A DNA stretch of 64,000 nucleotides from Syntrophaceae bacterium UBA6252 (GTDB taxonomy: Bacteria > Desulfobacterota > Syntrophia > Syntrophales > UBA6807): contig DJVQ01000059.1 of assembly GCA_002441265.1 (NCBI GenBank), positions 40,940 to 104,939 on the forward strand, read 5' to 3'. Both the position numbers and the translations under genes were made by a program. Below the pieces are notes generated by a model. The model saw only the letters and a program-made list of their open reading frames with translations, had not been told where the DNA came from and made no database searches. This document shows positions 26,365-36,623 of this stretch, piece by piece. Numbering within the stretch: the stretch's first letter is position 1; every line of letters starts with the position of its first letter.

Positions 26365-27012
26365 TCACTTCTTTGGAACTTTCTTCCAGTCCGCCAGAAA
26401 CTTCTCGATGCCCAGGTCCGTCAGCGGGTGCCGGATCAACTGCTCCAGGATCTTGAAGGGCATCGTCGCGATGTGCGCGCCAAGCATGGCTGCTTCCACC
26501 ACGTGGAGGGGGTTCCGCACGCTGGCGACGATCACTTCGCAGTTCAGGTCGTAGTTGTCGAAGATGGTCAGGATCTGCTCCACGAGGTCCATCCCGGTAT
26601 GGGAGATGTCGTCCAGCCGGCCGACGAAGGGGCTCACGTAGGAGGCGCCCGCCTTGGCCGCCAGCAGGGCCTGGGACGGCGAGAAAATCAGCGTCTCGTT
26701 GACGGCGATCCCCTGTTCGGAAAGAACCCGGGTGGCCTTCAGCCCTTCCGCGGTCATGGGGATTTTCACGACCACGTTTTCCCCCAGCCCGGCGAGGGTT
26801 TTTCCCTCTTCGACCATTCCCGGGGCGTCGAGGCTCACCACTTCGAGGCTGACGGGCCCCTCCACGATCTCCAGGATTTCCCGCACCACGGAATCGAAGT
26901 CCCTTTTTTCCTTCGCCACGAGAGATGGATTCGTGGTGACGCCGTCCACCATTCCCAGGAGGATGCCTTCCCTGATTTCATCGATGTTTCCCGTATCCAG
27001 AAAAAATTTCAT
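26365..27012 (-). CDS. tal: transaldolase / fructose-6-phosphate aldolase (short type 3B)
   Basis: 215 aa with [13 protein letters not shown]...GVTTNPSL and the KIP Schiff-base lysine region VVKIPMT. Confidence 0.85.
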   Translation of the reverse strand: MKFFLDTGNIDEIREGILLGMVDGVTTNPSLVAKEKRDFDSVVREILEIVEGPVSLEVVSLDAPGMVEEGKTLAGLGENVVVKIPMTAEGLKATRVLSEQGIAVNETLIFSPSQALLAAKAGASYVSPFVGRLDDISHTGMDLVEQILTIFDNYDLNCEVIVASVRNPLHVVEAAMLGAHIATMPFKILEQLIRHPLTDLGIEKFLADWKKVPKK

Positions 27013-27123
27013 ACCTTCTCCCCGGTTGCTCTTCTTCCATTCCGGCGGATACCGGAATTTCCTCCTTTGCGCCCTGCCTCTCCGGCGTCGTGAAACCCGC
27101 GGGACCTCATCCGAAACGGTCCC

Positions 27124-27396
27124 TCAGACGTTCCTGCTTTTCCTGAATTCCTCCATGCACTCGTTGCTGCAGAAATACACGCGTTTCCCGCCGACGACGA
27201 GACATTTCGCCTCGCTCACCGGGATGTAGACGCCGCAGCAGGGGTCTTTTACCATATCTTCGCTCTTTGGGGGAGTCCCCCCCGCCCGGGGGAAGGAGGG
27301 CCGCACCGTCCCTCCCGGAAGCCTGAGGAGGAATCGGACGAGCCGGTAGAGGAGGAACGCGAGGACGAGAATGAGGAGGAGCCGTCCTATGAACAT
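27124..27396 (-). CDS. YHS-domain membrane protein
   Basis: The start is at MFIGRLL (ATG 27396). It has an N-terminal TM helix and a C-terminal DPCCGVYIP....GKRVYFCSNEC..F motif (YHS/TRASH-type metal-binding). Confidence 0.6.
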   Translation of the reverse strand: MFIGRLLLILVLAFLLYRLVRFLLRLPGGTVRPSFPRAGGTPPKSEDMVKDPCCGVYIPVSEAKCLVVGGKRVYFCSNECMEEFRKSRNV

Positions 27397-27424
27397 GATG
27401 TCTCCGTCTTCCGGCGATGTTCCT

Positions 27425-27982
27425 TCAACAGTCCCGCTCCTTCCCGTTTTCCGTGATGCGCGCCGGCGTCCCGCCGAGAAATTCGACCTTCCCTCCCGCG
27501 CCCGCCAGCCTGTCCAGGAGGCCCCGGATGGAAATCCCGAAGACGGGGTGAACGGCATAGGGAGCGATTTCGTTCAGGGGAACGAGAACGAACCGCCTCT
27601 TGTGCAGCTCCGGATGGGGAACGGTCAACCCCGGTTCGTCGATGACGGACTGGTCGTAGAGAAGCAGGTCCAGATCGATGACCCTGGGGCCCCATCGCCC
27701 GGCCCGGACCCGCCCCATGAGGCTCTCGATGTGAAGCAGCGCCGAAAGGAGATCCCGGGGCGGCAGCGTCGTGCGGATTTCGGCGACGGCGTTGACGAAC
27801 CAGTCCTGATCCTCGATGCCGAGGGGCTCCGTCCGGTACAGGGAGGAAACCCGGATCAGCCTGGAATGTTCCAGGTCGGCAAGGTGCCCCATCGCTTCCC
27901 TGCACCTGTCCGCCGGCTGGTCCAGGTTCGACCCTATGGCGATATGGCTTATAATCCCTGGACGACTTCGTAAAAAGTCCAT
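27425..27982 (-). CDS. folK: 2-amino-4-hydroxy-6-hydroxymethyldihydropteridine diphosphokinase
   Basis: AIGSNL...SSLYRTEPLG...DQDWFVNAV...RWGPRVIDLDLLLY...LTVPHPELHKRRFVL match the HPPK motifs. Confidence 0.9.
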   Translation of the reverse strand: MDFLRSRPGIISHIAIGSNLDQPADRCREAMGHLADLEHSRLIRVSSLYRTEPLGIEDQDWFVNAVAEIRTTLPPRDLLSALLHIESLMGRVRAGRWGPRVIDLDLLLYDQSVIDEPGLTVPHPELHKRRFVLVPLNEIAPYAVHPVFGISIRGLLDRLAGAGGKVEFLGGTPARITENGKERDC

Positions 27983-28167
27983 ATGCTGCGTTCCCCTTCA
28001 TCCCTCGTCCCTGCGGCGTACATCCCGGTACGCCTCAGTCCTCGGGATTCGGGCGCCTTGCCTCTGGAGCTTTTTACAAAGCCGTCCAGCAGAAACGCTT
28101 TTCAGACTTTTTACGACTTTATGCTCCCTTCGATGTCGCTTTCCGATCCCCCCTTCTGGGGGATGCG

Positions 28168-28971
28168 TCATTTCAGGCCGAGGACATCCTGCATGTCGTA
28201 GAAGCCCGGATTCCTTCCGGCGACCCATTTCGCCGCGCGGATCGCCCCCCGGGCGAAGTTGTCCCGGCTGTGGGCCCTGTGGATGAATTCCAGCCGCTCT
28301 CCCATGCCCCCGAAAAGGACGTTGTGTTCCCCTACGATGTCTCCCGCCCGGAGGGTCTGGATGCCGATCTCTTTCTTCGTTCTCGCCCCGATCATCCCTT
28401 TTCTCTCGTAAACGGCCACTTCGTTCAGGTTGCGATCGAGGGACTCGGCGATGATCTGGGCCATCCGGACGGCCGTGCCGCTGGGCGCGTCCTTCTTCTG
28501 GTTGTGATGGGCTTCCACGATTTCGACGTCGTAGTCGTCCCCGAGAATCCTGGAAACGTCGGCCAGAACCTTGAAAAGGACGTTGACGCCCACGCTCATG
28601 TTCGGGGCGAGGACGACGGGGATCTCCCCGGCCAGTTTTTTCACGGCCGACCGCTCCTCGTCGGTCAGTCCCGTCGTTCCGATCACGGCCGCCTTTCCCG
28701 AACCGGCGGCGATCTTCAGATGGCCCGCGACCGCCGTGTGGTGGGAAAAGTCGATGACCACGTCCGCTTTTCCGATGACCGACGCGAGATCCGCCGTGAT
28801 GGGAACGCCGACTTTCCCGAGACCGAGATGCTCGCCGGCGTCGGTTCCCAGCATCGGGTGTCCGGCGCTCTCCACGGCGCCGACCAGTTCGATTCCCTCC
28901 GTGGCGGCGGCGAGGGAGATGATCCGGCCGCCCATGCGGCCCCCGGCACCGATGACGATGGCTTTTACCAT
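28168..28971 (-). CDS. dapB: 4-hydroxy-tetrahydrodipicolinate reductase
   Basis: It has MVKAIVIGAGGRMG (NAD(P) binding) and EAHHNQKKDAPSGTA (the DapB signature). Confidence 0.95.
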   Translation of the reverse strand: MVKAIVIGAGGRMGGRIISLAAATEGIELVGAVESAGHPMLGTDAGEHLGLGKVGVPITADLASVIGKADVVIDFSHHTAVAGHLKIAAGSGKAAVIGTTGLTDEERSAVKKLAGEIPVVLAPNMSVGVNVLFKVLADVSRILGDDYDVEIVEAHHNQKKDAPSGTAVRMAQIIAESLDRNLNEVAVYERKGMIGARTKKEIGIQTLRAGDIVGEHNVLFGGMGERLEFIHRAHSRDNFARGAIRAAKWVAGRNPGFYDMQDVLGLK

Positions 28972-29031
28972 GGTGAAACCCCCTTTGTTCGGAAACGGTT
29001 GTGCATCGAATCATGAGACCGGGACGCCGAA

Positions 29032-29049
29032 CGGGAAACGGTTTTCCCG
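29032..29049. repeat. hairpin CGGGAAA-CGGT-TTTCCCG in dapA-dapB spacer
   Basis: A perfect 7-bp stem read from the sequence. It contains the recurring GGAAACGGTT motif. Confidence 0.5.
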
Positions 29050-29086
29050 CCGGCGCACCCGGCGTGTCGAAACGGAAAGAAAGGCG

Positions 29087-29965
29087 CTACGCCCGGATCA
29101 GGCCGTAATCCAGGAGCACCTTCTTCAACCTCGCGTCGTTGGCGTCGGACATCCTGCACAGGGGGAGCCGTACCTCGTACTGGATTTTTCCCATCATGGC
29201 CAGGGCCGCCTTGGACGGAATGGGGTTCGTCTCGAAAAAGAGGGATTCCATGAGAGGCCACATCTTGAAATGATATTCGGCGGCCTTTTTCAGATTGCCC
29301 GCCTCGAAGGCGTCGATGAGCCCCGCCATGTCGGCCGGTGCCACGTTGGACACGACCGAAATGACGCCCTTCCCGCCGACCGCGAGAAGGGGAAGGACGG
29401 TGAAATCGTCGCCGGAAAGAACGGAGAATTCCTTGTCCACGAGGCTCAGGATCTTGCTGACCTGGCGGAGATCCCCCGTCGCCTCCTTGACGGCCACGAT
29501 GTTGCTGATCTTGGAGAGACGGGCCACCGTTTCCGGGAGGATGTTCGTCCCCGTTCTCGACGGGACGTTGTAGGGGATGATGGGGATGGGAACCGCTTCC
29601 GCGACGGTTTTGTAGTGCTGGTATACGCCTTCCTGGGTGGGGCGGTTGTAATAAGGGGTGACCAGCAGGGCTCCGTCGGCGCCGACCTCATGGGCGTGCT
29701 TCGTCAGCCGGAGGGCCTCCCTGGTGCTGTTGGAACCAGTTCCCGCGATGACGGGGACCCGCTTCTTCACCTGATCCACCACGATTTCCACGACCCGGTC
29801 GTGTTCTTCGTGCGAAAGGGTTGCCGATTCTCCCGTAGTGCCGCAGGGGACGATGCCGTCGGTTCCATTTTCGATCTGGAACTCGACCAGTCCCCTCAGG
29901 GCCTCCTCATCCACCTCTCCATTCCTGAAGGGTGTAACGATTGCAACGATTGCTCCTTTGAACAT
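29087..29965 (-). CDS. dapA: 4-hydroxy-tetrahydrodipicolinate synthase
   Basis: The start is at MFKGAIVAIVTPF (ATG 29965, GGAGGAG SD). The GTTGES motif and the active-site KEA (VAVKEATGD) are present. The track ORF extends to 30268 over lysA and is not used. Confidence 0.95.
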   Translation of the reverse strand: MFKGAIVAIVTPFRNGEVDEEALRGLVEFQIENGTDGIVPCGTTGESATLSHEEHDRVVEIVVDQVKKRVPVIAGTGSNSTREALRLTKHAHEVGADGALLVTPYYNRPTQEGVYQHYKTVAEAVPIPIIPYNVPSRTGTNILPETVARLSKISNIVAVKEATGDLRQVSKILSLVDKEFSVLSGDDFTVLPLLAVGGKGVISVVSNVAPADMAGLIDAFEAGNLKKAAEYHFKMWPLMESLFFETNPIPSKAALAMMGKIQYEVRLPLCRMSDANDARLKKVLLDYGLIRA

Positions 29966-30002
29966 TGGCTCCTCCATTACCCTTTTCTTTTTCTGGGCCT
30001 GA

Positions 30003-30026
30003 CGTTCCGGAATCCTTTCCGGAACG
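30003..30026. repeat. perfect 10-bp-stem hairpin CGTTCCGGAA-TCCT-TTCCGGAACG in lysA-dapA spacer
   Basis: Read directly from the sequence. No T-run follows on the transcribed (minus) strand, so it is not a classical terminator. Confidence 0.6.
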
Positions 30027-30113
30027 GTTGCAACAGTTTCCCGCGACGCCTTTCCGCCGCCGGGTTCCCCCGTCCCCCCTGCGGTACCGCCGGGGGGCCC
30101 GTGGAGGGTCCCG

Positions 30114-31379
30114 TCATCGGCCCGCGGGGAGAAAAGCGGGGATGTGTTCCCCCCGGACGAGGTCGTCGTAAGCCTCGCGCTCGCGAATGACGAAATACTC
30201 CCTGTCCCGGACGAGCACCTCCGCCGCCCGGGGTCTCGAATTGTAGTTCGAGGCCATGGTGAATCCATAGGCCCCGGCGCTCATGACGGCAAGAAGGTCC
30301 CCCCGGCCCGCCGCGGGAAGCATCCGCTTTTTCGCCAGGAAGTCCCCCGATTCGCAGATGGGCCCGACGATGTCCGCCTGGACCTTTTCGCCCGGTTTCT
30401 GAAGGACGGGCTGGATGAAGTGATAGGATCCGTAAAGGCTCGGCCGGATGAGATCGTTCATGCCCGCGTCGATGACGACGAAATTCTTGTCCTCGTTGCT
30501 CTTGGTGTACAGGACCCGGGTGACCAGGATGCCGGCGTTTCCCACGATGACCCGCCCCGGCTCGAGGATGAAGGTGACCCCCAGGTCTCCCGCCCGCTTG
30601 ATGATGGCCCCGGCGTAATCCGCAGGATGGGGAGGCGTCTCCAGATTGTAGGTGATGCCCAGTCCCCCGCCCAGGTCGAGGTAGCGGACGGCGATCCCCT
30701 CGTTCCGGAGAAGCCCGATCAGCTTTTTCAGGCGGTCGAGGGCGTCGAGGAAAGGCGTGATGTCGGTGATCTGCGATCCGATGTGGCAGTCCACGCCGAT
30801 GGGATCGACGTTCCGGAGCTTCGCCGCCTTCCGGTAGGTTTCCAGGGATTGCTCGATCTGGATGCCGAACTTGTTTTCCTTGAGCCCGGTGGAAATGTGG
30901 GGGTGGGTCATGGGGTCCACGTCCGGGTTTACCCGGATGGCCACGGGGGCCTTCAGTCCCATCTTCCCGGCGATTTTGTCGATGACCTCCAGTTCCTGGA
31001 AGGACTCGATGTTGAAGAGCAGGATTCCCGACTCGAGGGCGAAGGAGATTTCGTCCTCCCGTTTCCCGACGCCGGAGTACACGATTTTACGGGGATCCGC
31101 GCCCGCCTTCAGCGCCCGGAAGAGTTCCCCTCCGGAGACGATGTCGATGCCGCTCCCCTGGCCGGTCAGGGTGCGCAGGATGGCCACGTTGGAGTTCGCC
31201 TTGGCGGAAAAGCAGACGATATGGGGGACGTCCCGGAAGGCCTCGTCGAAGACCTGATAATGCCGGCACAGCGTTCTGTGGCTGTAAAGATAAAAAGGCG
31301 TTCCCACGTCCTCGGCGATGCTCCGTATCGGCACCTCTTCGCACCACAGCTCGTTGTCATGAAGCTGGAAATCGTTCAT
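30114..31379 (-). CDS. lysA: diaminopimelate decarboxylase
   Basis: 421 aa of the Orn/DAP/Arg decarboxylase family: FSAKANSN (PLP lysine), GGGLGI and CESGD. Confidence 0.95.
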   Translation of the reverse strand: MNDFQLHDNELWCEEVPIRSIAEDVGTPFYLYSHRTLCRHYQVFDEAFRDVPHIVCFSAKANSNVAILRTLTGQGSGIDIVSGGELFRALKAGADPRKIVYSGVGKREDEISFALESGILLFNIESFQELEVIDKIAGKMGLKAPVAIRVNPDVDPMTHPHISTGLKENKFGIQIEQSLETYRKAAKLRNVDPIGVDCHIGSQITDITPFLDALDRLKKLIGLLRNEGIAVRYLDLGGGLGITYNLETPPHPADYAGAIIKRAGDLGVTFILEPGRVIVGNAGILVTRVLYTKSNEDKNFVVIDAGMNDLIRPSLYGSYHFIQPVLQKPGEKVQADIVGPICESGDFLAKKRMLPAAGRGDLLAVMSAGAYGFTMASNYNSRPRAAEVLVRDREYFVIREREAYDDLVRGEHIPAFLPAGR

Positions 31380-31444
31380 GCCTTTTTCCCTTTCCCTCCT
31401 TTATACGATTCTTTCGCTGTTTTTCAATACCGCCCGGGACGGTT

Positions 31445-31945
31445 TCAGGGATTTTTTTTGCCGCCGAAGAGAATTTCCGCTTCGTTCGAAGGCGACCCGC
31501 AGACCCCCCTGTCGTCGCAAAGAACGAGCCGGTAGCCGTACAATGTCCGCTCCTCCACGTCACGGTCCTCGATGACGGCGGAGCCCCGTTCCGGCAGATC
31601 CCCCCTGTAGAGCACCCGGAAGGGAACGTAGCGCCGGGGGCAGCCGGGACATCCCTCCCCGGGGGGAAGCGCGCTCCGGTACACCCGGCAGGTTCCCCGT
31701 CCCGTGACGCCCTCGGGAACGGTCCAGCTCAAGACCACCGCCCCGTCGGCGCCGGAGACCTTGAGGTCCGTCACCGCCGGAGGCTTTTCTCCGGAGGGAC
31801 AGAAGGGATCGGCCTTTTTTCCGCACCCCGCCGCCATGAGGCAGGCCGCGAGGAGAACGAAAACGAGGCTAATCCTTCTTCCCGGAAGGCGGTGCCGTGT
31901 CGATTTCCTCGATTCTTGCTGCGACCGTGTCATGAGCCGTACCAC
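31445..31945 (-). CDS. hypothetical lipoprotein (FN3-like region) between argH and lysA
   Basis: It has a lipobox LLAACLMAAGC. The start is uncertain, because ATG 31945 would overlap the argH 3' end by 77 nt and a later start is possible. Confidence 0.5.
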   Translation of the reverse strand: MVRLMTRSQQESRKSTRHRLPGRRISLVFVLLAACLMAAGCGKKADPFCPSGEKPPAVTDLKVSGADGAVVLSWTVPEGVTGRGTCRVYRSALPPGEGCPGCPRRYVPFRVLYRGDLPERGSAVIEDRDVEERTLYGYRLVLCDDRGVCGSPSNEAEILFGGKKNP

Positions 31946-33272
31946 CGGCGAGTTTCCTTGCGTTCACGGAATATTCCGGTGTCAGAAGGGTGAACACCCC
32001 TTCGTCGAATCCGTTGTAAAAAGTCCTGAACTCGTCGAGAGACAGGGACTTGAGATCTTTTTTCCCCTTGTCCAGCGCGTACCGGACGATCCGTCCCACG
32101 ATCCGGTGGGCCTCCCGGAAGGGGATCCCCCGGGTGACGAGGTGTTCCGCCAGGTCCGTCGCCGTGGAAAACCCCCCGGCGACCCGTTCGTACATCCGGT
32201 CCCTGCAAAAGGCGATGCCGCCCAGCATCCCCGTGAACACCCGGACCGCCTTCGTCACCGTTTCGGCGGTGTCGAACAGGGGCTCCTTGTCCTCCTGGAG
32301 GTCCCGGTTGTAGGTCATGGGGAGCCCTTTCATGACCGTGAGGAGGGCGACGAGGTTCCCATAGACCCTCCCCGTCTTTCCCCGGACGAGTTCGGCCGCG
32401 TCGGGGTTTTTCTTCTGCGGCATGATGCTGCTTCCCGTCGTGTAGGCGTCGGAGAGGGAGACGAATCCGAACTCCTCGCTGGACCAAAGGACGAGATCCT
32501 CGCAGAAACGGCTCATGTGCATCATCAGGAGCGCGCCGTCGAAGAGGAACTCGGCGATGAAGTCCCGGTCCGACACGGCGTCCATGCTGTTTTTCGAGAC
32601 TTCCGGAAACCCGAGCAGTTCCGCCACGTACTTCCGGTCGAGGGGCAGCCCGGTTCCCGCCAGGGCTCCCGATCCGAGGGGAAGGACGTTCACCCGCCGG
32701 AGGCATTCCGCAAGCCGTTCCCCGTCCCGGGAGAACATCTCCCGGAAGGCGAGAAGATAGTGGGAAAGAAGAACGGGCTGGGCCTGCTGGAGGTGGGTGT
32801 ACCCGGGCAGGATCGTCCCCATCTCCTTCCGGGCCAGCGCGACGAGGGTCTTCTCCAGCTTCCCGATATCGGCGAGAAGGGTTTTCAGGGTGTCCCGCAG
32901 GTAGAGCCGGACGTCGAGGGCCACCTGGTCGTTCCGGCTCCGCCCCGTGTGCAGTTTTCCCCCGGCCTCGCCGATCCGCTCGATGAGGGCCTTTTCCACG
33001 GCCATGTGGACGTCTTCCAGGTCCGCCGTCAACGGAAGCTTCCCCTCGTCCATCTCCCTTCCGACGGCGGCGAGCCCCTCCAGGATGGCCTTTTCCTCGG
33101 CCGCGGTGAGGATCCCCTGCCGCGCCAGCATCCGGCAGTGGGCGACGCTTCCCTCGATGTCGTACCGGAGGAGCTTCCGGTCGAAGTCGATGGAGGCCGT
33201 GAAGTCCTCGACGAGCCGGTCCGTCGGTTCGGTGAACCGGCCCGCCCAGGGTTTTTCGTCCTTTTTCGTCAT
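31869..33272 (-). CDS. argH: argininosuccinate lyase
   Basis: It carries the fumarate-lyase signature GSSIMPQKKNPD and the N-terminal WAGRF. Confidence 0.95.
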   Translation of the reverse strand: MTKKDEKPWAGRFTEPTDRLVEDFTASIDFDRKLLRYDIEGSVAHCRMLARQGILTAAEEKAILEGLAAVGREMDEGKLPLTADLEDVHMAVEKALIERIGEAGGKLHTGRSRNDQVALDVRLYLRDTLKTLLADIGKLEKTLVALARKEMGTILPGYTHLQQAQPVLLSHYLLAFREMFSRDGERLAECLRRVNVLPLGSGALAGTGLPLDRKYVAELLGFPEVSKNSMDAVSDRDFIAEFLFDGALLMMHMSRFCEDLVLWSSEEFGFVSLSDAYTTGSSIMPQKKNPDAAELVRGKTGRVYGNLVALLTVMKGLPMTYNRDLQEDKEPLFDTAETVTKAVRVFTGMLGGIAFCRDRMYERVAGGFSTATDLAEHLVTRGIPFREAHRIVGRIVRYALDKGKKDLKSLSLDEFRTFYNGFDEGVFTLLTPEYSVNARKLAGGTAHDTVAARIEEIDTAPPSGKKD

Positions 33273-33298
33273 GGTCCGGCCTTCCGGATTTTATTCCG

Positions 33299-34504
33299 TC
33301 ACTTGTTGAGAAGGGCCCGGATCCGCATCCTCAGCGCATTGAGGCGGATGAAGCCGGTGGCGTCCTTCTGGTCGTAGACGGCGTCCTTGTCGAAGGTGGC
33401 GAACTCCTCGCTGTACAGGGAGTGGGGCGACTTTCTGCCCGCCACGATGCAGTTGCCCTTGTAGAGCTTCATCCGGGCGGTGCCGGTCACGTCCTTCTGG
33501 GATTCGTCGACGAATTTCTGGAGGACTTCCATCTCCGGGGCATACCAGAAGCCGTTGTACATGAGCTGGGCGATCTTCGGGGTGAGCCCGTCCCGAAGGA
33601 GCATGACCTCCCGGTCCACGGTGAGCGATTCCACCGCCCGGTGGGCCGCCCAGAGCACCGTTCCGCCGGGGGTTTCATAGACGCCCCGGGATTTCATGCC
33701 CACGAAACGGTTTTCCACCATGTCCACCCGGCCGATGCCGTTGGCGCCGGCGACGATGTTCAGGTGGTCCAGGAGCTTTGCCGGGGACATCCGCGTGCCG
33801 TCCACCGCCACGGGGTTTCCTTCCTCGAAGTCGATCTCCACGTAGGTCGGCTTGTCGGGAGCGTTCTCCGGGGATTTGGTGAGGACGAAGATGTTTTCCG
33901 GGGCTTCCGCCCAGGGGTCCTCGAGGATGCCGCCCTCGTGGGAGATGTGGAGCAGGTTCCGGTCCTCGCTGTAGGGCTTCTTTTTGGAAATCGTGATGGG
34001 GATACGGTACTTCTCCGCATAGTCGATCATGGCGTCCCGCGACGTGAGGGTCCACCGGTCGTCCTTCCAGGGGGAGATGATCCGGATGTTCGGTTCCAGG
34101 GCCATGAAGGTCATCTCGAACCGGACCTGGTCGTTGCCCTTTCCCGTGGCGCCGTGGCAGACGGCGTCGGCGTTCTCCATCCGCGCGATCTCCACCTGCC
34201 GTTTCGCGATGAGGGGCCGGGCGAGGGAGGTTCCCAGAAGGTAGGTTCCCTCGTAGATGGCGTTCGCCCGGAGTGCGGGGAATACGAAGTCCCGGACGAA
34301 TTCCTCCGTCAGGTCCTCGATGTAGCACTTGCTCGCACCCGTGTTCAGGGCTTTTTCGCGGAGACCCGTCAGCTCTTCCTTCTGCCCGACGTCGGCGGCG
34401 AAGCAGACCACTTCGCAGTTGAAGGTTTCGATGAGCCAGCGGACGATGACGGACGTATCCAGCCCCCCCGAGTAGGCGAGGACGACTTTTTTCACATCAC
34501 TCAT
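33299..34504 (-). CDS. argG: argininosuccinate synthase
   Basis: It has AYSGGLDTS (P-loop) and [13 protein letters not shown]. Confidence 0.95.
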   Translation of the reverse strand: MSDVKKVVLAYSGGLDTSVIVRWLIETFNCEVVCFAADVGQKEELTGLREKALNTGASKCYIEDLTEEFVRDFVFPALRANAIYEGTYLLGTSLARPLIAKRQVEIARMENADAVCHGATGKGNDQVRFEMTFMALEPNIRIISPWKDDRWTLTSRDAMIDYAEKYRIPITISKKKPYSEDRNLLHISHEGGILEDPWAEAPENIFVLTKSPENAPDKPTYVEIDFEEGNPVAVDGTRMSPAKLLDHLNIVAGANGIGRVDMVENRFVGMKSRGVYETPGGTVLWAAHRAVESLTVDREVMLLRDGLTPKIAQLMYNGFWYAPEMEVLQKFVDESQKDVTGTARMKLYKGNCIVAGRKSPHSLYSEEFATFDKDAVYDQKDATGFIRLNALRMRIRALLNK

Positions 34505-35423
34505 GAGGTTTTCCTCCTAACAATGTCTCCAGAATCGCCTTCTGGATATGCATGCGGTTTTCCGCCTGATCGAAAACGATGGAACGGGGGCCGTCGAGGA
34601 CCTCGCCGGTGATTTCCTCTCCCCGATGGGCAGGGAGGCAGTGCATGACGAGGACCTCCTCCTTCGCCCGGGAGAGGAGGGCGTCGTTGATCTGGTATGC
34701 GCGGAAGACCGTTTTCCGGGCCTCCGCTTCCTCCTCCTGGCCCATGCTGGCCCACACGTCCGTGTACACCACGTCCGCCTCCCGCACCGCTTCCCCGGGG
34801 TCCCGGAAAAGCGCCACCCCTTCCGGCGACTCCTTCATGCCCCGCTCCAGGATCGCCCGGTCGGGTTCGTACCCGCCGGGGCAGGCGAGGCTGAGACGGA
34901 AGGGAAGACGGGCCGCGGCGTTGATCCATGAGTTCGCCACGTTGTTTCCGTCCCCCACGTAGGCCACCTTGATCCCCCTCCAGGTCCCCCTTTTCTCGAT
35001 GATGGTGAAGAGGTCCCCCAGAATCTGGCAGGGATGGAGAAGGTCGGTGAGCCCGTTGATGACGGGGATCCCCGCATAACGGGCGAATTCTTCCACGAGC
35101 TCCTGGCCGAAGGTGCGGATAACGACGCCGTCGAGAAACCGGGACATGACCCGGGCGGTGTCGGCAACGGTTTCCCCCCGGCCGAGCTGGATGTCCTTCC
35201 GGGAGAGAAAGGTGGCCGTTCCCCCGAGCTGGAACATCCCCGCCTCGAAGGAAAGCCGCGTCCTCGTGGAGGACTTGTCGAAAATGAGGCCGAGCATCTT
35301 CCCCGCCAGGGGACGGTGGGAGACGCCCCTGCGGTGGAGGTCCTTCAGCGTTCCCGCCAGGCGGAAGAGATCCTCGAATTCGGAGGGATCGAGATCGAAA
35401 AGGTTGAGCAGGTCCTTTTTCAT
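34497..35423 (-). CDS. argF: ornithine carbamoyltransferase
   Basis: It has STRTR (carbamoyl-phosphate binding), HPCQ and HCLP motifs. It overlaps the argG start by 8 nt. Confidence 0.9.
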   Translation of the reverse strand: MKKDLLNLFDLDPSEFEDLFRLAGTLKDLHRRGVSHRPLAGKMLGLIFDKSSTRTRLSFEAGMFQLGGTATFLSRKDIQLGRGETVADTARVMSRFLDGVVIRTFGQELVEEFARYAGIPVINGLTDLLHPCQILGDLFTIIEKRGTWRGIKVAYVGDGNNVANSWINAAARLPFRLSLACPGGYEPDRAILERGMKESPEGVALFRDPGEAVREADVVYTDVWASMGQEEEAEARKTVFRAYQINDALLSRAKEEVLVMHCLPAHRGEEITGEVLDGPRSIVFDQAENRMHIQKAILETLLGGKPHE

Positions 35424-36610
35424 GATTCCCCCATGACCCCGTCGAGGATCCGGACGGCCTCGTCCACGTCATCCTCCGTGACGACGAAGGGCGGAACGAA
35501 CCGAAGCACGTTTCCGGCGGTGCAGTTGATGAGGAGCCCCTTCTTCATGGCCCGGACGACGATGTCGTCCCCGGGAACGGAAAGCTCCATCCCCGTCATG
35601 AGGCCCAGCCCCCGGACCTCCCGGACGATGCCGTGCCGTTTCTTCAGCGATTCGAGACCGGACCGGAAGCGGGTTCCCATGGCCCGGCAGTGGGGAAGGG
35701 TGTCCCCGTCGAGCAGGATTTCCATGACGGCGATCCCCGCCGCCATGCCCAGGGGATTCCCCCCGAAGGTGGATGCGTGGTTCCCCGGAACGAACACGGA
35801 CGCCACGTCCTCCCGGGCCAGGAGGGCTCCCAGGGGATAGCCGTTCCCGAGGGCCTTGGCGAGCGTCATGACGTCCGGCGTCACGCCCCATGCCTCATGG
35901 GCGAAGAGATGCCCCGTCCGGCCCATTCCCGTCTGGACCTCGTCGAAGATGAGGAGAAGTCCGCGGTCGTCGCAGAGTTTCCGCAATCCCTTCAGGTATT
36001 CCGGCGAGGGGATGCGGATGCCTCCCTCGCCCTGAACGGGTTCCACCAGGATCCCGCAGGTCCTGTCGGACACGGCGGCCGCTGCGGCCTCCAGGTCGTT
36101 GTAGGGAACGTGGAGGAATCCTTCCGGGAGGGGCTCGAAGCCGGCCTGGTATTTCTTCTGGCCCGTGGCGGTGACGGCAGCCAGGGTCCTGCCGTGGAAG
36201 GAATTGTCCATGGCGATGATTTCGTGCCGGTCCCCGCCCATCCGCTCGTGGCCGTATTTCCGGGCGAGCTTGATGGCCCCCTCGATCGCCTCGGCGCCGC
36301 TGTTGCAGAAGAAGACCCGGTCGGCGAAGGAGTTCTCCACGAGGAGCTTCGCCAGGCGGATCTGCGGTTCGATGTGGTACAGATTCGAGACGTGGGTGAG
36401 CGTCTCCGCCTGCGCCTGGATGGCCCGGACCACCCGGGGGTGGCTGTGGCCGAGGCTGCAGACGGCGATCCCCGCGAGAAAGTCGAGATATTCCTTGCCG
36501 TCCGAATCCCAGACACGGGCGCCTTTCCCCCGGACGAGCACGATGGGGAATCTCCTGTACGTTCCGAAAAGGTACCGGTTTCCCGCCTCGATCAATTCTT
36601 CCGTCGTCAT
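35420..36610 (-). CDS. argD: acetylornithine aminotransferase
   Basis: A class III aminotransferase with FCNSGAEA, DEVQTGMGRTG and TLAKALGNG (PLP lysine). Confidence 0.9.
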   Translation of the reverse strand: MTTEELIEAGNRYLFGTYRRFPIVLVRGKGARVWDSDGKEYLDFLAGIAVCSLGHSHPRVVRAIQAQAETLTHVSNLYHIEPQIRLAKLLVENSFADRVFFCNSGAEAIEGAIKLARKYGHERMGGDRHEIIAMDNSFHGRTLAAVTATGQKKYQAGFEPLPEGFLHVPYNDLEAAAAAVSDRTCGILVEPVQGEGGIRIPSPEYLKGLRKLCDDRGLLLIFDEVQTGMGRTGHLFAHEAWGVTPDVMTLAKALGNGYPLGALLAREDVASVFVPGNHASTFGGNPLGMAAGIAVMEILLDGDTLPHCRAMGTRFRSGLESLKKRHGIVREVRGLGLMTGMELSVPGDDIVVRAMKKGLLINCTAGNVLRFVPPFVVTEDDVDEAVRILDGVMGES

Positions 36611-36623
36611 TTGCCTTTGCCTC

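Noticed and set aside
28571-30190. A 539-aa plus-strand ORF across dapB and dapA, and similar shadow ORFs such as 27998..29014 on the minus strand.
   Set aside because: They lie opposite or out of frame to canonical dapB/dapA genes whose catalytic motifs are intact.
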